From IMG/VR virus record IMGVR_UViG_3300017978_000301, positions 1-45,482 of that record: a DNA stretch of 45,482 nt. One strand, given 5' to 3'. Source of the DNA: a virus (Duplodnaviria > Caudoviricetes). Numbering within the stretch: the stretch's first letter is position 1; each line of letters opens with the position of its first letter. Positions 1 to 5,065 of the stretch are shown piece by piece. The translations under genes and the position numbers were made by a program. The notes beneath the pieces are model-generated. The model was not told the DNA's origin. It searched no databases and worked only from the letters and a program-made list of their open reading frames with translations.

Positions 1-55
1 TTCTATACATTCCCATACTATTCCCCTTGCGGAGCAAGCCGCGCATTTTTTTACA
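1..55. repeat. Exact 55-nt repeat of 42202-42256 (left anchor of the duplicated region)
   Basis: ttctatacat...ttttttaca is identical at both positions and the copies diverge immediately after. Confidence 0.97.
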
Positions 56-113
56 AGTTGTTGGGTCTTGCGTCCAAGCACTCCTAAGAATGGGATTGCA
101 AAAGCAATCCGCC

Positions 114-212
114 ACCAACACGACTGAGGACTGAAGCCAGTTCCCGCTGGAGACTACTGCCAACGCATCACTGTTACATAGCCTTTATTCGACAATCCTC
201 ATGCGTCTTGGT
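114..212 (-). ncRNA. Candidate structured RNA module present only in allele A
   Basis: Minus strand ACCAAGACG-CA-UGAGGAUUG (212-193) pairs with CAGUCCUCA-GU-CGUGUUGGU (133-114); the G-U wobble works only on the minus strand; adjacent hairpin GGAUUGC-UUUU-GCAAUCC (110-93). Confidence 0.5.
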
Positions 213-236
213 AGACCCTACGGGTAACCTTACGGT

Positions 237-305
237 AGGTACTCGCTTCACCAGCTTCTCTTTATGGTCGCCGTGTACATCGACTAACTAGCATCTGCTT
301 TCCCT
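237..305 (-). ncRNA. Candidate structured leader RNA of the late operon (allele A)
   Basis: AGGGAAAGCAGAUGCUAG...CUGGUGAAGCGAGUACCU; arms conserved in allele B (42260-42325) while the loop is unrelated. Confidence 0.55.
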
Positions 306-312
306 GTACAAG

Positions 313-341
313 ATTTTAGGACAAAAATTTTTATATAGCAA
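313..341 (-). promoter_or_regulatory. Sigma70-like promoter for the leftward packaging/structural operon (allele A)
   Basis: TTGCTA-17 nt-TAAAAT on minus strand; allele B has TTCCCA-17-TAAAAT at the equivalent site. Confidence 0.55.
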
Positions 342-433
342 TCGCTATGTGTAAGTTCGCCTGTGTATAAGGGAAATCTTTTTAGAAAAAATTTGGGAAG
401 GGGTGAGTGGGCCCCCCTTCCTCCGTCCAGCAA

Positions 434-472
434 GCAGTGCTACCCCCTCCCCCCTTTTGGCTGGGTGGTGCT
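434..472. other. Conserved C-rich boundary element, candidate genome terminus/packaging site
   Basis: 39 nt identical to 42465-42503 amid divergent flanks; biased composition starts here; upstream of the terminase operon. Confidence 0.45.
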
Positions 473-542
473 GCTGCGCTGGCTGTGTGTCTGTCAGTAG
501 ATGCGATGGCTCTGCGCTGTGCTGGCTGTGGTGCTGCGATGC

Positions 543-597
543 GTTACTGACTCGCTGGTCATTAATTGTTTGAGTTACTGACTGAGCGGTCATTAAT
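543..597. promoter_or_regulatory. Tandem palindromic operator-like sites
   Basis: GTTACTGACT-N4-GGTCATTAAT at 543-566 and 574-597; one counterpart in allele B at 42555-42577. Confidence 0.5.
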
Positions 598-919
598 AGC
601 TGGAGGGAGGGAGCGAGCATTTATTCGTTTTAGTGTTCGCGCCTTTCTTTCCTCTCTCTCTATCCTTTCTCTCTTCCCCTATAGGTAGAGTTAACACAGG
701 CTAGAGGGTTTCCCTTTATTTATGCGGGTTTCGTGCTGGTTTTATAGAGGCACTGCGCTGGCATCTATCTGCTCTCTCTCTTACTGTTTCACCTATCTGA
801 TAGACAGACACAGGCGCAGGGTTTCTTTCTTTTCTTTCTTTCGCTGGTTTATATCTTGATTAAGCATAAGAAATCAAGAGATCATTATTTCTCTGTCTAG
901 ACTATTTGCATAAATGCTC

Positions 920-947
920 TTGACATGTAGAGGTTTACCTATACAAT
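920..947 (+). promoter_or_regulatory. Sigma70 early promoter (allele A) with overlapping palindrome
   Basis: TTGACA-16 nt-TACAAT; TGTAGAGG-TTTA-CCTATACA near-palindrome at 926-945. Confidence 0.7.
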
Positions 948-1005
948 TACAGACAGAGACAGCAAATCTCTACCTGTAATTTCAATTCAATTTAAAGGGT
1001 TTCAC

Positions 1006-1305
1006 ATGTCAGCAGTAATCACTCTCACACCATCGCTCGCAGCTCTTACTGACGAAATCGGCGCTATTCGCTCAGAAATTAAACGTCTTGAGGCTTTAGA
1101 TAAACAGCTCACAGATCAACTAAAAGAAGCTGGAGAGGGTAAGCATCAGGGCCACTTATATAAATCCACTGTTTCACCTACTAAAGAAACAGCAGTGACA
1201 GATTGGAAATCGGTTGCCATGCATTTTGAGCCATCACACCAGCTGATCACAGCTCACAGCGTTAAGCGTCCCGCTGGTTTTCGTGCTTTGGTTTCTCCTA
1301 TCTAA
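1006..1305 (+). CDS. First early protein, coiled-coil N-terminus, unknown function (allele A)
   Basis: AAGGG SD; clear homolog of 42978-43307 (LTPxLxAL, GAI, DWxxxAMxFEPSxQLIxAH). Confidence 0.85.
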   Translation: MSAVITLTPSLAALTDEIGAIRSEIKRLEALDKQLTDQLKEAGEGKHQGHLYKSTVSPTKETAVTDWKSVAMHFEPSHQLITAHSVKRPAGFRALVSPI

Positions 1306-1315
1306 GGGGCTAAAG

Positions 1316-1399
1316 ATGACTAAATTTCTCCTCTCTGTTGTTCTTTTCTCTGTGTGGGTCTGTCTCATGCTGGCATCTTTTGACGTTTTAACTAAATAA
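1316..1399 (+). CDS. 27-aa hydrophobic micro-peptide MTKFLLSVVLFSVWVCLMLASFDVLTK (not in ORF track)
   Basis: TAAGGGG SD; homolog in allele B also ends CLMxxFDVLTK-like. Confidence 0.75.
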   Translation: MTKFLLSVVLFSVWVCLMLASFDVLTK

Positions 1400-1409
1400 G
1401 GGGCTGAAG

Positions 1410-1604
1410 ATGACTAAAACAGAATCACAGGCTTTTATTCAAGCTTACTTAGACAACGTGGACTATTCTGCTAAAGATGCTGTCACAGCGTTTATAGATG
1501 ACTACAACAGTGGCGCAGAGCTGGCAGCATCAAGACAGACCACATCGTTTTTAGATGCGCTGCTGATGTGGAAATCAGCCATTCAATTCAATTCAATTCA
1601 ATAA
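1410..1604 (+). CDS. Hypothetical early protein (allele A only)
   Basis: TAAGGGG SD, tight operon packing. Confidence 0.7.
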   Translation: MTKTESQAFIQAYLDNVDYSAKDAVTAFIDDYNSGAELAASRQTTSFLDALLMWKSAIQFNSIQ

Positions 1605-1616
1605 AAAGGTTTCAAT

Positions 1617-2261
1617 ATGATTAAAATTTCTGTCACATCTAAGCTTGATGGCATTCGCTCATGGTCTTTACAGGCTTTGGATACATGCCCCGGCTCTGTC
1701 GCTGCGCCCGGTGAGCTGGTGGATGCCTGTAAAGGATGCTATGCCACCACAGGAAATTACAATTATCCTAATGTGAAAGCCCCTCGCGCCTCCAATAAAG
1801 AAGATTGGCAGCGCATAGATTGGGCTGATGACATGGTGGCAGCTCTAGACTCTGATCGCTATTTTCGCTGGTTTGATTCTGGAGATATGTACTCTCTGGG
1901 TTTAGCAGAGAAAATTCTGGAGGTGATGCAGCGCACACCGTGGGTAAAGCACTGGATGCCAACTCGCATGCATAAATTCCCTAAATTTCGCTCAGTGCTG
2001 GCAGCGATGCAAAGCTTAGATAACGTAATGGTGAGATTTTCCTCTGACAGCGTCACAGGCGATTACCTGCGCGGTACTCATGGCAGCGTGATTATTCCTA
2101 CTCCAATTGATGTACAGACAGGCATGCGCCTGTGCGAGGCTTACTCTAAAGCTGGCAAATGCTCTGGCTGTCGCTCATGCTGGGATAAAAAAATCCCTGT
2201 AATTGCATATCCTGCTCATGGTGTGAAGATGGCTAAAGTAATTCGTATTTTGAAAGCATAA
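1617..2261 (+). CDS. GP88-like Cys-rich putative Fe-S/radical-SAM-like protein (allele A)
   Basis: TCPG...CKGCYA, YFRWFDSGD, HWMPTR, VRFSSD, C-terminal C...CSGCRSCW...YPAHG; recalled similarity to the phage gene product 88 family. Confidence 0.7.
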   Translation: MIKISVTSKLDGIRSWSLQALDTCPGSVAAPGELVDACKGCYATTGNYNYPNVKAPRASNKEDWQRIDWADDMVAALDSDRYFRWFDSGDMYSLGLAEKILEVMQRTPWVKHWMPTRMHKFPKFRSVLAAMQSLDNVMVRFSSDSVTGDYLRGTHGSVIIPTPIDVQTGMRLCEAYSKAGKCSGCRSCWDKKIPVIAYPAHGVKMAKVIRILKA

Positions 2262-2271
2262 GGGGCTAGAC

Positions 2272-2484
2272 ATGAAAACCTATAGCGTATGGGTACTGGA
2301 TCGCGCAAACCAGCTCACAGAATACAAATACAGCTCACAGATGGCAGCAGATGACGCGAGCGATCTATTCGAGGCTGATGGGCATGATGTATTTACAGAC
2401 GGGCATCGCGCAGCTTTGGCGCGTGATCGGTTTGCTCGTTTTCTTATAAAACAGCATCGCCTCTCTGTGATTCATATCGGCTAA
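2272..2484 (+). CDS. Hypothetical early protein with C-terminal IHIG motif
   Basis: TAAGGGG SD; C-terminus resembles that of 43424-43729. Confidence 0.75.
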   Translation: MKTYSVWVLDRANQLTEYKYSSQMAADDASDLFEADGHDVFTDGHRAALARDRFARFLIKQHRLSVIHIG

Positions 2485-2490
2485 AGCTCT

Positions 2491-2514
2491 GCCAGCTCTG
2501 CGCTGGCTTTTTTT
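2491..2514 (+). terminator. Rho-independent terminator of early cassette A
   Basis: GCCAGC-TCTGC-GCTGGC followed by T7. Confidence 0.8.
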
Positions 2515-2820
2515 GGTCTGTAGGTAGCTCACGCTGCGTGAGCCTGTCTGCGTTTTGCTGGCACTGCTGTGCTGGCTGTCTGCGCCTGTCTGCTGGTTTC
2601 TGCTGGCTGTACTGCTGCGCCTGTCTCATGCTGCGTGATGCGGTAGGCGGTAGCGTATGCGCTGTTTTTAGGGGATTTATGCGGTATTCGATTAAACGCG
2701 ATTTAAGGCGATATAGAGGCGCGATGCTATGCTGCTATTAATCTATTATAAAACATGCCTTGCTGGCTGTTCTGATGCGTTTTAGCGCTATTTCTGATGG
2801 CTGTCAGATGCTGCGCTGTG

Positions 2821-2996
2821 TTCTAGGGGAAATTTTGACTATAAAAACGCGCGATGCGGGTGCGCGCAATGTGCGCGGCGGCGCGGGTGCGTGTGTGCGT
2901 GTGCATGTGCGTGTGTGTGCGCGTATGTGTGTGCGCGTGTACATGACCCCCCACCCCTAAAAAAGAAGACCCCCCCCATAAAAAAAGACCCCTCCC
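2821..2996. repeat. Conserved 48-bp core plus alternating purine-pyrimidine tract and GACn/An repeats (right boundary of cassette A)
   Basis: 2821-2868 identical to 44872-44919; 2887-2945 is a 59-nt perfect RY alternation; C-runs alternate with A-runs after it. Confidence 0.85.
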
Positions 2997-3031
2997 ATTT
3001 CTGAGAAGGGCCAAGGTCTTCACCCATGAAC

Positions 3032-3388
3032 TTAGTGAAAACGTAGGAGAAACAGGGTTTTGTTAATCAAGTTGGCAATGTTGTCCACCTCGTTTTGGAT
3101 TTCGCTGTCTTGAGGGAGTTCTTTTCTCTCTTCTTCCACGTAGTCCTTCAGGTTCTCAAGCTCCTGCTTGCCTGTCTTGGCAGGGATGTAGTAACCATCC
3201 TTGAAGTCAAACGTGATGTCGTACTTACCCATGAGTGACTCAGCCAGCGTGTCTACCAGCTCAGGCAGTTCAACGTAGAAAGCACCCAAAGCTTGATGCT
3301 CTGCATAGCTCTTTGTCTGCCAGTGCAGGATGTGGGTGTTGGTGGCTGCGTGTAGCAGTGTCTGTAAGAACTCGGCGGCTTCTTTCAT
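3032..3388 (-). CDS. Ferritin/Dps-like four-helix protein (DUF5856-like), allele A
   Basis: HILHWQTKSYAEHQALGxFY...DxLAE motif typical of phage Dps-like proteins; allele B copy at 45069-45425. Confidence 0.8.
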   Translation of the reverse strand: MKEAAEFLQTLLHAATNTHILHWQTKSYAEHQALGAFYVELPELVDTLAESLMGKYDITFDFKDGYYIPAKTGKQELENLKDYVEEERKELPQDSEIQNEVDNIANLINKTLFLLRFH

Positions 3389-3744
3389 CTCTTAGCTCCA
3401 ATGTGTTTTAGCACTCGTAAGGCAGCTTCTACCTTCCAAGGTTTGGTACTGATTGTATCGGCTATGTTCCACCACTCGTGTACTTGCTTGTACCAAGCGT
3501 TGTCGAAGATTTTGGCTTTTTCTTTTTTCGAGGCTGGGCCAGTGTCCAACCATGTATGACACTTGTAGCAACCCCACACTGACATGCAGTCATCAGCCTT
3601 GAGGCCACGACCTTTGCCATGTATAAGCTCATTACTATGACAGGCAACAGTTGTTGAGCCTTCGTCACCATCGCAGTATGGATGGCATTCCAAGAGGCAT
3701 TTCTGCCCCTGTGCAAGCTTCAGTAGATCAGGATCGCGGTACAT
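3385..3744 (-). CDS. DUF1364/YbcO-like Zn-binding nuclease-fold protein
   Basis: CLLECHPYC...TTVACHSN..HGKGRGLKADD...GCYKCH; start moved to MYRD at 3744. Confidence 0.75.
   Translation of the reverse strand: MYRDPDLLKLAQGQKCLLECHPYCDGDEGSTTVACHSNELIHGKGRGLKADDCMSVWGCYKCHTWLDTGPASKKEKAKIFDNAWYKQVHEWWNIADTISTKPWKVEAALRVLKHIGAKR
3392..3445. repeat. Exact 54-nt repeat of 45429-45482 (right anchor of the duplicated region)
   Basis: ttagctccaatg...ccaaggtttg is identical to the last 54 nt of the window. Confidence 0.97.
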
Positions 3745-3844
3745 GCTTCTCAATCTCCTTGATTGCCACATCCAACAATGCGATCAACACTCGCATGAAC
3801 AGGCCAATAACCATACCCACCAACAAAAAATAAATATCACTCAT
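3728..3844 (-). CDS. 38-aa membrane peptide (not in ORF track)
   Basis: MSDIYFLLVGMVIGLFMRVLIALL...; ATGA coupling to upstream gene. Confidence 0.55.
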   Translation of the reverse strand: MSDIYFLLVGMVIGLFMRVLIALLDVAIKEIEKHVPRS

Positions 3845-4170
3845 CCCATTGCCCTTGCTTCTACTCGGTTGTTAAAACATTCAATCTTGTAATGCTCGAA
3901 ACGCAGCTTGGCTGCTTCCATCATCCACTTGATCTCTTCCTCAATTGCCACAGCAGCTTTCAACCCATGCAACAGCGTCATGTAGTCAGGGTGTGCGTAG
4001 GCATACATCTCTTTTGCCCCCAGCGAGCTTGCATCACTGTCAGCCATCAGGATGGCTTTCTTGCTCTTCAATGCGTTCTCAATGTATGTGCGCTCTGCCT
4101 TTGCTTGGGCAAACTTAGGTGCATTGTCTCGGATGAAATCAATGGCTTTTTGTGCTTCTGCTTCTGTCAT
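3841..4170 (-). CDS. Hypothetical helical phage protein
   Basis: Coupled ORF in the leftward operon. Confidence 0.75.
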   Translation of the reverse strand: MTEAEAQKAIDFIRDNAPKFAQAKAERTYIENALKSKKAILMADSDASSLGAKEMYAYAHPDYMTLLHGLKAAVAIEEEIKWMMEAAKLRFEHYKIECFNNRVEARAMG

Positions 4171-4298
4171 TTCTTTTCCTTCTCTAGTTTTGCAATACGT
4201 GCCTCAAGGGCTTTGACTTTCTCTTCCAACACCTTGATTGGGTCTTTAAATCCAACCTCCCGATATGGGACTGTGATGCCTATAGGCTTACGCACCAT
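4167..4298 (-). CDS. 43-aa coiled-coil peptide (not in ORF track)
   Basis: MVRKPIGITVPY...LEEKVKALEARIAKLEKEKK; ATGA coupling; AGGAG SD. Confidence 0.55.
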   Translation of the reverse strand: MVRKPIGITVPYREVGFKDPIKVLEEKVKALEARIAKLEKEKK

Positions 4299-4662
4299 TC
4301 TTCTCCTTGAGTTTGGCTTCAATTGATTTGGCAAAACTTAGCCAATAAGCAGCCAGCCCATCATCTGATTGCTTTTCTGGGAACAGACTTTCAATCTGCT
4401 CATCCGTCAGCCCAACCCATGTGCGCTGTGGTGACTTAAACAAAGGCACATCAATATTGAAAGGGATGCTCTTGATGTCAAAGTTGTCATGCGGCTCAAG
4501 CCTGTATTCGTTGTACTCATTGCGGTGAACAATCGCCACAGGCTCCTGCTCTGGCTGTGCCAAGGCTTTCTCTTTCCAATAATGCACATCACACAAGTCT
4601 CCTTGGTCAATGTCTTCTTTGTATAGGTTGAAAGCGTAGCTTCCGCATTTGCACTGTTTCAT
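4288..4662 (-). CDS. Hypothetical protein with AQPEQEPVA and RTWVGLTDE modules
   Basis: Mosaic motifs common in betaproteobacterial phage accessory genes; start moved to MKQCKC. Confidence 0.7.
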   Translation of the reverse strand: MKQCKCGSYAFNLYKEDIDQGDLCDVHYWKEKALAQPEQEPVAIVHRNEYNEYRLEPHDNFDIKSIPFNIDVPLFKSPQRTWVGLTDEQIESLFPEKQSDDGLAAYWLSFAKSIEAKLKEKNGA

Positions 4663-4762
4663 AGTGGAGCCTCTGGCATCTGTGCGCGTTGTTGTTGCGC
4701 GTATTCTTTGATTTGCTTTGCTGTCCACGGCGTTGGTGGATGTGCTGGGAAGGGCCAATTCA

Positions 4763-5065
4763 TTACATTTCCTTTTCAATTAACGCCTGAACACCTGCGT
4801 CCAAACTTCCGTTACCCATTTCTTTGAGTAACATAACTTGTATGTTATTCAGTTTTAGTTGTACAGTCAAGCCATCTTTTGATTTTTCTTCAACTTTTTT
4901 CCAAGGCTTGCGTCCAGCACCACGCCTAGCGCCACCCCAAGTGTTCCGTGGTCCAACAAAGGACTCCTTGAAGTGGTCTGGCTTCTTGTGGTACTTGTCG
5001 TAGTCGGACTCCTTTTCTTTGAAGTCCAACCCGTCCCAACTGATGAAGTGCTTACTGCTGCTCAC
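4763..5065 (-). CDS. Hypothetical DNA-binding protein (WGGARRGAGRKP motif)
   Basis: GGxRxGAGRK motif followed by a ribbon-helix-helix-like C-terminus. Confidence 0.65.
   Translation of the reverse strand: MSSSKHFISWDGLDFKEKESDYDKYHKKPDHFKESFVGPRNTWGGARRGAGRKPWKKVEEKSKDGLTVQLKLNNIQVMLLKEMGNGSLDAGVQALIEKEM

Noticed and set aside
543-597. Mini CRISPR array
   Set aside because: Only two units with a 7-nt gap and no cas genes; fits operators better.
345-620. 91-aa minus-strand ORF (also 42639-42875 and 42651-42839)
   Set aside because: No SD, not conserved between alleles, and lies in the low-complexity leading arm.
1715-1722. E. coli Chi site GCTGGTGG
   Set aside because: Single occurrence in GCTGG-rich coding DNA; host Chi unknown.
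2444-3027. Cys- or His/Thr-rich ORFs (2538-2741, 2760-2960, 2823-3023, 2839-3027; likewise 44484-45049)
   Set aside because: By-products of stop-poor repetitive DNA downstream of a terminator; conservation is at the DNA-structure level.
1-3445. Ordinary direct terminal repeat or simple circular overlap
   Set aside because: Only the 55-nt and 54-nt anchors and short islands are identical; the interiors differ in sequence and gene content.
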